Shown: positions 22,849-34,120 of the stretch, one piece after another
How the letters are laid out: every line of letters starts with the position of its first letter
How positions within the stretch are numbered: the first letter of the stretch is position 1
DNA from: Microgenomates group bacterium GW2011_GWF2_46_18
GTDB taxonomy: Bacteria > Patescibacteriota > Microgenomatia > UBA1400 > UBA12108
Direction of reading: 5' to 3'
DNA length: 50,261 bases
NCBI GenBank assembly: GCA_001002415.1
Contig: LCMB01000002.1
Coordinates: 3,434-53,694 of the forward strand
Notes under the pieces: generated by a model
What the model was told of the DNA's origin: nothing
Seen by the model: only the letters and a program-made list of their open reading frames with translations
Database searches by the model: none
Made by a program: the position numbers and the translations under genes

Positions 22849-24274
22849 CTAACTTCAGATTGTTTTGGGCGGCGTAGCCAGCGGGGAGTTCGAGCACGGC
22901 ATTGACCGGAATTTGGGGGGAGTAAGTTGGAAGCGAGTCGCTGACCTCGACCGGGACACTGGGAGTAATTTCGACAATCAAATTATCTTTGATCCAGATA
23001 ATATCCAGGGGAAAATGGGTATTTTTCATCCAAAAAATGGGGACATGGGCGGAGGGAAAGACGAAAAGCATTCCATCGGCTCCGGATAAGGAGGCGCGAT
23101 TGGAGAGACCTTTTTCCCATTGTTTGGGAGTCTCGGCGAGTTCAACGATCAAGGATTGATCATTTAGTTGAAGGGTAGTTTTTTGGGGTAGACCAAAAAT
23201 AGTGCGGACAATATTTTCAAGCTCAAAAAGAAGGGGGAAACGAGTCCAGGGAGACAGTAAACCGGTATGGGTATAGGAATTGTCAGCTGAGCGATCGGGG
23301 GATTTGGTGCCTAGCTTGGGGACCCCGGCCGTTTTGGGCAAATTGGTATAGAGCTCGGGGACGGAATTTAGCGAGAAACCTTTAAATTGCTCGCCCCCTT
23401 CCAGAAGAAAGGGAGTAACTCCAGCGACTTTGGGGTCGGCTTGCCAGATTTCCCAGGCTTTCTGCCAATAGGAGTTGAGCTTGTCACCACTGACCTTGGT
23501 TTGGTCATAACCGGTTTCGGTGATAAAGACGGGTTTATCACTCAGTTTGTAGCGGGTAAAAAGATAACGGTAGGAAACAATACTGGGAATCCCGGTACGG
23601 GTTGGAGGAGCACTAAAACCAGGATTGGGATAACTATGGAAGGCATAGCCGTCAAAGTAGGACCAGATAGCTGGATCGTGAGCATACATAGCCGAGAGAT
23701 AGTTGACGGCTGAGAGAGATGAAGAAGAATTGGGGAGTGCATCATCGAGGGCCGGGCCTAGCAGAAAAAAGTCGGCCGAGCGTTCTTTGAAAATAGTACG
23801 GGCATTTTTGACAATTTCGGCATATTTGGCTGGGTTGACAGTCCCTCCCCACTCAGCGTCACGGTTAACTTCGTTAAACAGGATAATATAGCGATTCTCA
23901 ACCGGCCAGCTCAGTTCATCGAGAAAGTTGGCAAAATCAACCAAATCGGTATCCTGCCCTTTTTCCCAGGTACCGCCTTGGGGGATGGTGGTAATACGAA
24001 TAAGGGGGATCAAGTGGAGAGAAGAGCATTTTTCCATAAATTTTTGCCACTTGGGTAAATCGCGATCGGTGGGTTGGATAGGAACGGTGATATAGCCCCA
24101 GTCTCCGCCATGAGAATTAACCAAAGTTGCGGCGGTATCAATTTCGTCAGGAGAGAGGACGTGAATTCCGACTTTGTTATTGGGAACTGTGCGAGGATCG
24201 TAAAGCGCCGCAATAGGCGACGCAGAAAGTAGGAAATAGGAAATAGGAATTAGAAAATATAAAAAAAGTTTCAT
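22826..24274 (-). CDS. Secreted fusion protein: TIM-barrel glycoside-hydrolase-like N-domain + DUF192 C-domain
   Basis: Signal peptide present. FNEVN and FITETGYD fit a clan GH-A-like acid/base and nucleophile context. The C-terminal GLSNR..GMLFVF...FWMKNTHFPLDIIWI matches the DUF192 pattern. Confidence 0.55.
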   Translation of the reverse strand: MKLFLYFLIPISYFLLSASPIAALYDPRTVPNNKVGIHVLSPDEIDTAATLVNSHGGDWGYITVPIQPTDRDLPKWQKFMEKCSSLHLIPLIRITTIPQGGTWEKGQDTDLVDFANFLDELSWPVENRYIILFNEVNRDAEWGGTVNPAKYAEIVKNARTIFKERSADFFLLGPALDDALPNSSSSLSAVNYLSAMYAHDPAIWSYFDGYAFHSYPNPGFSAPPTRTGIPSIVSYRYLFTRYKLSDKPVFITETGYDQTKVSGDKLNSYWQKAWEIWQADPKVAGVTPFLLEGGEQFKGFSLNSVPELYTNLPKTAGVPKLGTKSPDRSADNSYTHTGLLSPWTRFPLLFELENIVRTIFGLPQKTTLQLNDQSLIVELAETPKQWEKGLSNRASLSGADGMLFVFPSAHVPIFWMKNTHFPLDIIWIKDNLIVEITPSVPVEVSDSLPTYSPQIPVNAVLELPAGYAAQNNLKLGDQIVYD

Positions 24275-25266
24275 GAGTGAGATAGTTTTAGATGGGTGTA
24301 GGCAAGACTAGTCACGACCCTACCCTGTTTGGTCCGAGTGAGCAGGCCTTGCTGAATCAAGTAGGGTTCGTAGACCTCTTCGATGGTCCCAACGTCTTCG
24401 GAGAGGGCACTAGCGAGGGTTTCAATGCCGACAGGGCCACCCCGATGATGTTTGATGATATGGGTCAAAAGATCACGATCAGAGGCATCAAGTCCTAACG
24501 CATCAATTTCGAGGAGCTTGAGAGTTTCGGTCACAGCTTCTAGGCCTAAGTGACCATGATAGCGAATTTCGGCGGTATCACGGGCACGACGGAGGAGCCG
24601 GTTGGCGATTCGAGGAGTGCCGCGAGCTCTTTGAGCCAGTGAATCGGTGGCGGAGGGATCAAGTTTGATTTTGAGAATTTTGGCGGAGCGAGAGAGAACG
24701 GTTGTCAAATCCTTGGGGCTATAGTATTCGAGTTTGTTAATGATGCCAAAGCGGCTCCTGAGTGGACCACTCAAGGCTCCATAGCGAGTAGTCGCCCCGA
24801 CCAGAGTAAAGGGTTTGAGTTCAATGGAGACGGTTCGGGCAGCCGGACCTTTGCCCAGAACTAAATCGAGGCGTTGATCCTCCATCCCCGAATAGAGAGT
24901 TTCTTCAACCACTTTGCTAAGCCGGTGAATTTCGTCAATAAAAAGGACGTCCCCCTCTTCGAGGTTGGTCAAAAGAGCAGCCAAGTCCCCTGCCCGAGTT
25001 AGCGCAGGACCAGAAGTAACGTGGATATTGCCACCTTGTTCGTGGCTAATAATGTGAGCTAGGGTAGTTTTGCCGAGTCCCGGTGGTCCATACAAAAGGA
25101 CGTGATCAAGCGGTTCGTGGCGCTTCTTGGCGGCTTGGAGCGCCACTCCGAGAGAATCTTTGAGTCGCGGCTGACCAACAAAATCGGTCAGAACACGCGG
25201 ACGCAGGCTGGTTTCGAGTTGGGCCTCCTCGGCACTAACGACGGTATCTAGGAGTGGTTCAATCAT
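24271..25266 (-). CDS. ruvB: Holliday junction branch migration helicase RuvB
   Basis: Walker A GPPGLGKTT, Walker B LFIDEIHRL, RuvB C-terminal winged helix. Confidence 0.95.
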   Translation of the reverse strand: MIEPLLDTVVSAEEAQLETSLRPRVLTDFVGQPRLKDSLGVALQAAKKRHEPLDHVLLYGPPGLGKTTLAHIISHEQGGNIHVTSGPALTRAGDLAALLTNLEEGDVLFIDEIHRLSKVVEETLYSGMEDQRLDLVLGKGPAARTVSIELKPFTLVGATTRYGALSGPLRSRFGIINKLEYYSPKDLTTVLSRSAKILKIKLDPSATDSLAQRARGTPRIANRLLRRARDTAEIRYHGHLGLEAVTETLKLLEIDALGLDASDRDLLTHIIKHHRGGPVGIETLASALSEDVGTIEEVYEPYLIQQGLLTRTKQGRVVTSLAYTHLKLSHS

Positions 25267-25817
25267 GAGGTCCTCCCCAGAGCTTTGAGAATAATACCCA
25301 AGGCTTCGGATTCAGTTTTGCCAGTTAAGTCAGAGTGTTCGATGGCGCGGTCAATCTCGCGTTTTTCGAACGAAAGTTCCCGGAGAGCTTCATAGATATA
25401 GCCATGGGCGGAAGATTGGGAGTCGACGAGGGTTTTACCCAGATCGAGAATGATTTTCTGGGCGGTTTTTTTGCCGAGACCTTTGATCGTGGTCAAAAAA
25501 TCTAGATCAGCGGAAGTAATGGCAGTTTTGAGGGCAGGGACTGAGGCGGAATCGAGAATTTTGCCAGCCATTTTGGGGCCAACGCCGTTTACACTAATGA
25601 GTTCCAAAAGGAGTGACCTGGCTTCGGCAGAGGGGCAGCCAATAAGCCGAGGAATAGATTGATTTTCGAGATAATGATAGAGATAGAGTGAGAGTTTGCT
25701 CCCGACAGTCTGGCGGCCGAGCCAAAGACCGATAACATCGTAGCCCACCCCACCAACTTCGATAATGGCTCCCCCAGCGGTATGAGTAAGGAGCGTGCCA
25801 GATAAGTAGGCAATCAT
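25263..25817 (-). CDS. ruvA: Holliday junction DNA-binding protein RuvA
   Basis: MIAYLSGTL N-terminus and HhH motifs (VNGVGPKMA, IKGLGKKTA). Overlaps ruvB and ruvC by 4 nt each. Confidence 0.9.
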   Translation of the reverse strand: MIAYLSGTLLTHTAGGAIIEVGGVGYDVIGLWLGRQTVGSKLSLYLYHYLENQSIPRLIGCPSAEARSLLLELISVNGVGPKMAGKILDSASVPALKTAITSADLDFLTTIKGLGKKTAQKIILDLGKTLVDSQSSAHGYIYEALRELSFEKREIDRAIEHSDLTGKTESEALGIILKALGRTS

Positions 25818-26281
25818 AAGATTTGAGCGGCCAGAGCAACGGCCAGAGCATCCGTCGTATCGTCTAATAGTTGGGCAGTATCAAGGTTCAGAAGTAATCC
25901 TACCATACGCCGGACTTCGGCTTTGCCAGCATTACCTGCACCCGCGACGGCGGATTTAACGGTGTTGGGGGAGAGTTCGTGCCAGACGTATCCACGGGCA
26001 GCAAAAGTAAAAAGGATGACGCCGCGTGCTTCGGCGACTTGGATAGCCGTTTTGACATTTTTTTGAGCAAATAAGGCTTCAATGCCAAGCTTGTCGGGAT
26101 GGTATTTTAAAAGGAGTGAGTCGATAAAAGAGTGGATTTTTTGGAGATACTCCGCAGAGCTTGTATGCTGAGGAAACTCGAGAACATCACAGGCAAGTAG
26201 ATGAGGCTTGGATTTGGTGCCGCCAATCACGGCCCAACCCAAACGATGGGTACCGGGATCAATCCCAAGAACTCTGGTCAT
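25814..26281 (-). CDS. ruvC: Crossover junction endodeoxyribonuclease RuvC
   Basis: VLGIDPGTHRLGWAV, and the catalytic Asp/Glu pattern including DTTDALAVAL. Confidence 0.9.
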   Translation of the reverse strand: MTRVLGIDPGTHRLGWAVIGGTKSKPHLLACDVLEFPQHTSSAEYLQKIHSFIDSLLLKYHPDKLGIEALFAQKNVKTAIQVAEARGVILFTFAARGYVWHELSPNTVKSAVAGAGNAGKAEVRRMVGLLLNLDTAQLLDDTTDALAVALAAQIL

Positions 26282-26324
26282 ACCTGTATACTAGCGATTT
26301 CCCGAACGAAAGGCAAATAGAGAG

Positions 26325-26756
26325 TTAGGTTTGGGAGTGGCGGGGCTTACTGCTTTTTTGGGCGGCACGAATGGAGAGGTAGGCGCGGCGAAGCGCGGCT
26401 TCGGCATCGGCAAATTCGAGTTCGCGGGATTTATCCAGCAACGTAGCTTCGGCTTGTTTTTTGGCGGATTCGACTTTGGCAAGATCGATATCCTCGGCGC
26501 GAACCGCCGAATCTGCCAGCACGTTAACTTGATTATCTGAACCTACTTCGAGAAACCCACCAAAAATGGCGAAAACTTGTTCGCCGGCGCCTGCGGTAAA
26601 GCGCAAGATACCCTCGGTGAGCCGAGTTAAAAGAGGGACGTGCCCGGGGAGAATGGTGATCTCCCCCTCGACTGTTTGAGCGGTAACGCTTGAAACGGGG
26701 ATAGTGAAGAGGCGTTTTTCCTGAGTGACAAGATCGAGGGTAAGTTGAGGTGTCAT
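26325..26756 (-). CDS. atpC: F1 ATP synthase epsilon subunit
   Basis: GEITILPGHVPLLTRL, plus position after atpD. Confidence 0.85.
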   Translation of the reverse strand: MTPQLTLDLVTQEKRLFTIPVSSVTAQTVEGEITILPGHVPLLTRLTEGILRFTAGAGEQVFAIFGGFLEVGSDNQVNVLADSAVRAEDIDLAKVESAKKQAEATLLDKSRELEFADAEAALRRAYLSIRAAQKSSKPRHSQT

Positions 26757-26762
26757 CTTGAG

Positions 26763-28202
<1,440 letters not shown>

Positions 28203-29051
28203 TTATTCAATTGCCATTCTGGCGGTAGTGACGTCAAGAAGTTCGCTGGTCACGGCACTTTGACGTGCCTGGTTGTAATCGAGGGTCAAGTTGCCGATCA
28301 AGTCACGAGCATTGTCGGAAGCATTTTTCATAGCAACCATGCGAGCGGAATGCTCGACGGCTCTAGCTTCGAGCAAGGTTTGATAGACCGACATCTCAAT
28401 TTGATAAGGAAGCAGACTATTTAAGAGTTCGCTTCCACTGGGCTCGATAGTGTAGTTACTGACAGAATTGGAACTGGTAGCACCAAAAGGGAGAAGGCGA
28501 AAAAAGGTAATTTCATTTTGAATGGTAGAGATAAATTTGGGGTAGGCAAGGTAGACGGAACTAACTTCTCCTTTGGTATAAGTTTCCATAATGAAGTTGG
28601 AGATACTCCTGGTTTCGGCGAAGGTGACGGTTTCGCCCAAATCGTTAAATTTGGCCAGTAAATTGGTTTTATTTTGGGGAGTAACCCATTTGGCTTTGCG
28701 ACCCACCGTCGCAATTTGCAGAGTAAGGCTCGCGTGTTCTGCCGCAAAGTCGAGAAGGGAGCGGTAGAGATTGACGTTTAAGCCTCCACAAAGACCCTTA
28801 TTGGTAGAAATGAGAACAATGAGAATAGAGTTGGTAGAATTCTGTTTGGCTAAGGGGTGGTCATGGGGACTGATGCCGGTCCCAACCTTGTGGATAATTT
28901 CCTGCAGTTTGTCGGTAAAGGCGCGGGAAGAGAGAGCGGCATCCTGGGCTTTTTTCATTTTGCTGGCACTAACCATTTCCATAGCTTTGGTGATTTGAGA
29001 AATATTTTTGGCTGATTTGATGCGCCGTCTGATGCCGATTAGACTACCCAT
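28203..29051 (-). CDS. atpG: F1 ATP synthase gamma subunit
   Basis: IKSAKNISQITKAMEMVSASKMKKAQ N-terminus and C-terminal ITSELLDV-like helix. Confidence 0.9.
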   Translation of the reverse strand: MGSLIGIRRRIKSAKNISQITKAMEMVSASKMKKAQDAALSSRAFTDKLQEIIHKVGTGISPHDHPLAKQNSTNSILIVLISTNKGLCGGLNVNLYRSLLDFAAEHASLTLQIATVGRKAKWVTPQNKTNLLAKFNDLGETVTFAETRSISNFIMETYTKGEVSSVYLAYPKFISTIQNEITFFRLLPFGATSSNSVSNYTIEPSGSELLNSLLPYQIEMSVYQTLLEARAVEHSARMVAMKNASDNARDLIGNLTLDYNQARQSAVTSELLDVTTARMAIE

Positions 29052-29054
29052 GGC

Positions 29055-30569
29055 CTACTCGCTTTCTGCCATAAAGAGGTGTGTAGCATTGGTTTCGACA
29101 GCTTTGGCTACCTGGTGGAGTACTTTAATGGTGTCATCGGAGAGTACTCCTTCTTTTTTGATAGTGGCAGTTAATTTTTGGCCTAGTTCGGAGGAAGCTA
29201 AGTAGGAAAGGTAAATATTTTTCCATTCGGTCATATTGGGGAGGGTAATTTTCTGGGTGTAGCCTTCGATCACTGTCCAAACGAGCGCGACTTGACTGGC
29301 AACGGGCAAGGGTTCGTCCCAGCCTTGTTTAAGGATTTCGGAAAGCCGGGCCCCCTGATCGAGACTAGCCTTGGTTTTGCTATCTAAGTCGGAAGCAAAC
29401 TGAGAGAAGGCGGCGAGTTCGCGATACTGAGCCAGGTCAAGGCGCAAGCGTCCAGCCACTTTTTTCATGGCTTTAATCTGGGCATCCCCTCCAACCCGGG
29501 AGACCGATAAGCCGACATTAACAGCGGGCTTAAAGCCAGAGTTAAACATATCGGTTTCGAGATAGATTTGGCCGTCGGTGATACTGATGACGTTGGTTGG
29601 GATGTAGGCGGAGACGTCGCCCGCTTGGGTTTCGATAATGGGGAGAGCCGTCAAACTACCACCTCCCGAGGCCTTGTTGAGGCGGCAGGCGCGCTCGAGC
29701 AGACGAGAGTGAAGATAGAAAACATCGCCAGGATAGGCTTCACGGCCGGAGGGGCGGCGCAAGAGGAGGGAGATTTCACGATAGGCCCAGGCATGTTTAC
29801 TCAGATCGTCGTAAATAATCAGCGCGTCTTGACCGTTATGGGCGTAGTACTCTCCCAAGGCAGCTCCCGCGTAGGGAGCCAAGAACTGCATGGAGGCTGG
29901 ATCACTGGCGGTAGCGGCCACAATGGTCGTATAGTCCATGGCACCGAATTGGGTTAAGGTGTTGACCAGTTGGGCGACGAAGGAGCGTTTTTGGCCAATG
30001 GTCACGTAAATACATTTGACGTTCTCTTTAGCCTGATTGATAACAGTAGTTAAGGCAATACTAGATTTACCAATACTGCGGTCACCGATAATCAGTTCAC
30101 GTTGACCGCGGCCGATTGGGATCATACTGTCAATGGCGATAATGCCGGTTTGCAAAGGCTGACTGACGTGTTCACGGGTGATAACCCCGGAAGCAATGCG
30201 CTCGATCGGGTAGATGGCGTCGCCAATTGGGTCAGGTTGACCGTCGAGGGCGTGACCCAAGGGATCGACAATCCTTCCTAAGAAATTGGGACCGACCGGA
30301 ATCGAGAGAATTTGGCCAGTGGCGGTAACCGAATCACCCTCTTTGAGATGAGTGTAGGCGCCAAGCAGTACGACTCCGACGTGATCGGTGTGCAGGGAGA
30401 GGGCTAAGCCATAGGTATTACCGGGAAATTCGATCAATTCACTCATCATGACCGAGGAGAGACCAGAGACCTGGGCCACCCCATCACCGATACTTTGGAT
30501 AATCCCAGTACTCACTGGTTTGACGGAATCAGTCCAGTGTTTGATTTGATCGAGAACGAGTTTGGTCAT
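29055..30569 (-). CDS. atpA: F1 ATP synthase alpha subunit
   Basis: Walker A GDRSIGKS, and [14 protein letters not shown]. Confidence 0.95.
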   Translation of the reverse strand: MTKLVLDQIKHWTDSVKPVSTGIIQSIGDGVAQVSGLSSVMMSELIEFPGNTYGLALSLHTDHVGVVLLGAYTHLKEGDSVTATGQILSIPVGPNFLGRIVDPLGHALDGQPDPIGDAIYPIERIASGVITREHVSQPLQTGIIAIDSMIPIGRGQRELIIGDRSIGKSSIALTTVINQAKENVKCIYVTIGQKRSFVAQLVNTLTQFGAMDYTTIVAATASDPASMQFLAPYAGAALGEYYAHNGQDALIIYDDLSKHAWAYREISLLLRRPSGREAYPGDVFYLHSRLLERACRLNKASGGGSLTALPIIETQAGDVSAYIPTNVISITDGQIYLETDMFNSGFKPAVNVGLSVSRVGGDAQIKAMKKVAGRLRLDLAQYRELAAFSQFASDLDSKTKASLDQGARLSEILKQGWDEPLPVASQVALVWTVIEGYTQKITLPNMTEWKNIYLSYLASSELGQKLTATIKKEGVLSDDTIKVLHQVAKAVETNATHLFMAESE

Positions 30570-30580
30570 ACAAAGTTCCT

Positions 30581-30790
30581 TTACAGTGATTTGGCTAGAC
30601 GAGTGAGTTTGCCGGCAAGAGAAAGATCGAGGACTTGATCGCCATGTTGGATGATAACCCCAGCCAAGAGAGCCGGATCGATTTTCACAGTGGGTTTGCC
30701 GCTCACTTCTAAGTGTTTGGTGGCTAGCTGGGTAGCCAGAGCCAGATTGGCAGCAGAGAGACGAGTGGCTGAGGTAATTAGATAAGTCAT
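30581..30790 (-). CDS. atpH: ATP synthase delta (OSCP) subunit, C-terminal domain only (69 aa)
   Basis: Sits between atpF and atp[30 protein letters not shown] matches the delta C-terminal consensus (D.sLiGG..i..Gd.v.D.S....L). There is no room for an N-terminal domain, because the atpF stop is 3 nt upstream. Confidence 0.7.
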   Translation of the reverse strand: MTYLITSATRLSAANLALATQLATKHLEVSGKPTVKIDPALLAGVIIQHGDQVLDLSLAGKLTRLAKSL

Positions 30791-30793
30791 AGA

Positions 30794-31270
30794 CTATTTC
30801 ATGGCTTTCAAAAGACCGCTAGTAATGCCATCGACTTCTTTGGCAGAGAGAGTCTTTTCGAGAGCTTTGGTAACCATCGCCAGCCCCAGTTGAGCAGCTT
30901 CTTTGTCGAGAGATTTCCGGGAGTTTTCGAGCTCCTTAGTCCCGCTAGCGACAATTTTGGCGGCTTCTTCTTTGGCTTTTTGACGAGATTCAGCTAGAAG
31001 GGCATGGGCTTTACCTGCAGCTTCTTCCTCGGCTTTACTAATGATTGCGGAGGCTTCTTTTCTCACTTTGGCGAGCTCGGTTTTGCGAACCTTGTCGAGT
31101 TCGGCCGCCTCTTTGAGATTTTTCTCCGCCATGGCCTGACCTTCGTTGATTTTCTTGGCGCGGTCATCGAGAAGTTTGAGCACGGGTTTATAAAGAATCT
31201 TGTTGAGGACAAACAGGATCACCCCAAAGTTGATGACTTGAAAGAGAACCTGCCAAATATTAATTTCCAT
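30794..31270 (-). CDS. atpF: Fo ATP synthase b subunit
   Basis: Single N-terminal TM followed by a long charged coiled coil, plus operon position. Confidence 0.85.
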   Translation of the reverse strand: MEINIWQVLFQVINFGVILFVLNKILYKPVLKLLDDRAKKINEGQAMAEKNLKEAAELDKVRKTELAKVRKEASAIISKAEEEAAGKAHALLAESRQKAKEEAAKIVASGTKELENSRKSLDKEAAQLGLAMVTKALEKTLSAKEVDGITSGLLKAMK

Positions 31271-31279
31271 AGTGCTCCT

Positions 31280-31546
<267 letters not shown>

Positions 31547-31561
31547 TTATTTATTAACTAA

Positions 31562-32323
31562 TTAACTATGTTCATCTGCCCCGTGACCGAGGGTGGCCAT
31601 GTTCATAAAGACGGTGGCGAGCATGAGGAAAACTAGGCCTTGGATCACTCCCACAAAGATTTCTAGGGCGTAAAAAGGCATGGGAGCGATAACGGGGACC
31701 AGGAAGGTCATCACTGAGATCAGAACTTCACCGGCAAAGATGTTGCCAAAAAGACGGAAGGTGAAACTGATCACTTTGCTAAATTCGGAAACCAGTTCGA
31801 GGATCCCGACAAAACCATTGATGGGATTACTAAAGTTAAAAAATTTCTTGAGGTATTTAATGCCTTGAAATTTAAAGCCATAGACTTGGACCATCCCCAT
31901 GGCGATTAAGGCCAGGGCTAGAGTTGTGTTGATGTCGGCGGTGGGACCACGGAGGATAGGGATAAAGACTTCTTTACCATGAAAAAGACCATTAAAGCCG
32001 ATACTGCCGGCTCCAGGCAAAAGTCCAGACCAGTTACTAGGGACGATAAAAATAAAGAAAGTCATGACCAGCGGGAAAAATAAGCGAGCTTTGGTAGTTC
32101 CGGCAATGCTTTCGACAATGCCATAGAGGCCTTCAACCAAGAATTCAAAAAACATTTGGACGCGGGTAAAAGTGCCTTTGAGTTTGAGTTTGCGGGTGCC
32201 GAGATAAATGAGGCCAAGAAGAAGAGCGGTAAGGACGTAGGAAGTGGCAAGCGAGTTGGTAATAGGAATACCGAGGAGGTGGAAAACTGGTTCCGCACTG
32301 ATAGAGATATGTAATGAAGACAT
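31562..32323 (-). CDS. atpB: Fo ATP synthase a subunit
   Basis: FRLFGNIFAGE contains the conserved Arg. Start set at ATG 32323 (MSSLHISISAEPVF). The ORF-track start at 32362 is a TTG codon. Confidence 0.85.
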   Translation of the reverse strand: MSSLHISISAEPVFHLLGIPITNSLATSYVLTALLLGLIYLGTRKLKLKGTFTRVQMFFEFLVEGLYGIVESIAGTTKARLFFPLVMTFFIFIVPSNWSGLLPGAGSIGFNGLFHGKEVFIPILRGPTADINTTLALALIAMGMVQVYGFKFQGIKYLKKFFNFSNPINGFVGILELVSEFSKVISFTFRLFGNIFAGEVLISVMTFLVPVIAPMPFYALEIFVGVIQGLVFLMLATVFMNMATLGHGADEHS

Positions 32324-32398
32324 ACGGGTATTTATGATAGCAGGCAAGCTAATTTTCCGCAACAGCTAATTTGCGTTGCGTGCTACACCATTAGTCTA

Positions 32399-32407
32399 TT
32401 TATAACA
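32399..32407 (-). promoter_or_regulatory. Possible extended -10 (TGTTATAAA) for the atp operon
   Basis: RC of tttataaca. A CAATTG-n5-CAATTG palindrome lies just upstream at 32409..32425. Confidence 0.35.
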
Positions 32408-32431
32408 CAAATTGCTCGACAATTGGGTTGA

Positions 32432-32809
32432 TTAATCTTTTGCAATATCACTAATGAGCTGAAGCATATTGGCTACTAGCTGAGTATCTAGGAGATAGTT
32501 CCTTGCATCACCCAACGAAGATCCATCTATTATGTCGATAAATTCTTTGGAAACAGTAAATGGTAGGTCCACATTTCTCACCCTTGCATTATGAATGGTA
32601 ACTCCCTCTGGAGAAACAAAAATAAATCGTTTTTGTTGCTCACCAACCGTCGTAAACTCTCCGGGAAAGGGAATTCGTCCTTTTTGGATTTCATTAATCC
32701 ACTCTAGACCTAATATTTGTTCTAAGGTTGTTGCAGCTTCAGAATATTGATCCGGAGTAAGTGGTGGAGTAGCTTCTTTAGATTTAAAACCAAAAAGTTT
32801 TTTCAACAT
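32432..32809 (-). CDS. Hypothetical protein (125 aa)
   Basis: Clean ORF in an AT-rich accessory patch. No motif recognised. Confidence 0.5.
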   Translation of the reverse strand: MLKKLFGFKSKEATPPLTPDQYSEAATTLEQILGLEWINEIQKGRIPFPGEFTTVGEQQKRFIFVSPEGVTIHNARVRNVDLPFTVSKEFIDIIDGSSLGDARNYLLDTQLVANMLQLISDIAKD

Positions 32810-32942
32810 ATTATTAATCTCCTAGGCAAGATATGTAATAGTATTATTGTATCTTCCGAGTCAATAAAATATTATTTATGATTATATTTGATTTAGACAT
32901 GAGAGAAGTTGATGTAGGTATATCCCCATTAAGTATTAAATC

Positions 32943-33803
32943 TTAGATTAGAAGTAGCAACAGTCCAGCAGTTACTCCAAATATGCCAATCATCTTTTTT
33001 GGTGTTAATTCGTCTTTAAAAATAAGGGCAGACATTAAGGTTAGTAAGGAAATTGAGGCGGCATTGGTAGCGTTAACATAGCCAACATTTGGGGCTAAAT
33101 TAAATGCAACTTGCATAAAGTAATTGAAACTTGCGCCAAATATACCCATGAACAATAGAGTCATTACTTGAGTTTTGTTAATTTGAAGGACTTTTATTTT
33201 CTTCAATTTTATTTCTCCCAATATTAAAATGGTTACGACTAGCATCGACAAAATGAGCCGGGTAAGAATGGGGACGCCCATATTTAGTAAATATTTAGAA
33301 CTTAAAGCCAAAAAACCCCAGCAGAAAAATGCACCCATCGTATAGGGTAACCACAATTTATTAGAAGTAGTTCTGCTTTTGTCTTTATTGATCGTAATTA
33401 AAGCTGAGAACAAGACGATTAAGAGGATAGCGATTCCTGATTTCATTGTTAGTGGAGCAGAAAAAAGAAAGATGGAAGCTATGGCCGTAAAAACAACGTA
33501 ACTTTTTGAAATAATTAGACTATACCCAGGGTTTGGGGAATATTCGATTCCTTTTAGGGAAAATACATTTCCCAGATAACTAAAGAAAATACCTTGAACT
33601 AAAATCAGTAAGTATTCGAATGGTTTAAGTGTAAAACTAGTTGGGGTTTTGACTGTTAAGGCTATATAAACAAGGATGGGGATTAGAAACATCGCAAGGT
33701 TATTAAGCTGTTGCGGCGTTTTGAGGGTATTACTTTTTCGCACGCAAAGATACAAAGCAACCGAGCTAACAAACATTAAGAGGCTAGCAATAATCCAATT
33801 CAT
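32943..33803 (-). CDS. EamA/DMT-family transporter
   Basis: About ten predicted TM segments arranged as two EamA-like halves. Confidence 0.65.
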   Translation of the reverse strand: MNWIIASLLMFVSSVALYLCVRKSNTLKTPQQLNNLAMFLIPILVYIALTVKTPTSFTLKPFEYLLILVQGIFFSYLGNVFSLKGIEYSPNPGYSLIISKSYVVFTAIASIFLFSAPLTMKSGIAILLIVLFSALITINKDKSRTTSNKLWLPYTMGAFFCWGFLALSSKYLLNMGVPILTRLILSMLVVTILILGEIKLKKIKVLQINKTQVMTLLFMGIFGASFNYFMQVAFNLAPNVGYVNATNAASISLLTLMSALIFKDELTPKKMIGIFGVTAGLLLLLI

Positions 33804-33841
33804 AAGAAACTATGTATCAATTTTGGCCATTGAAACTGTTG

Positions 33842-33916
33842 TGACCCCATTGGGATTCGAACCCAAGTTAACAGGATGAAAACCTGTCGTCCTAGACCGG
33901 GCTAGACGATGGGGCC
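33842..33916 (-). tRNA. tRNA-Glu (TTC)
   Basis: Acceptor GGCCCCA/TGGGGTC, D arm TCTAGCCCGGTCTAGGA, anticodon loop TTTTCAT, T loop TTCGAAT. Confidence 0.9.
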
Positions 33917-33927
33917 AAAATTATTTG

Positions 33928-33982
33928 GCATCCCAGATCACTACGTGTCTGGATGCACTTCTCATGTTTCTACGAAACTTGA
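33928..33982 (-). other. Twin-hairpin element, copy 2 (fills the tRNA-Lys/tRNA-Glu spacer)
   Basis: Gapless 41/55 identity to 6220..6274. Hairpins at 33928..33956 and 33962..33982. Compensatory changes keep both stems intact. Confidence 0.7.
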
Positions 33983-33988
33983 AGTGCG

Positions 33989-34063
33989 TGGGCCCACTGG
34001 GATTCGGACCCAGGACACCCTGCTTAAAAGGCAGGTGCTCTAACCAGACTGAGCTATAGGCCC
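33989..34063 (-). tRNA. tRNA-Lys (TTT)
   Basis: Acceptor GGGCCTA/TGGGCCC, anticodon loop CTTTTAA, T loop TCCGAAT. Confidence 0.9.
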
Positions 34064-34073
34064 CACGGAGAAT

Positions 34074-34082
34074 ATTTTATCA
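34074..34082 (-). promoter_or_regulatory. Extended -10 TGATAAAAT for the tRNA-Lys/Glu unit
   Basis: RC of attttatca. Lies 10 nt upstream of the tRNA-Lys 5' end. The same 9-mer precedes rplS. Confidence 0.5.
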
Positions 34083-34120
34083 CGGAAGGGAGGGTTTGAG
34101 GATAGGTGGAGGATTGGCGA

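Noticed and set aside
32409-32425. CAATTG-n5-CAATTG palindrome upstream of the atp operon as a regulatory site
   Set aside because: It is short and self-complementary, and it could simply be a small terminator-like hairpin for the upstream gene. I found no second occurrence.
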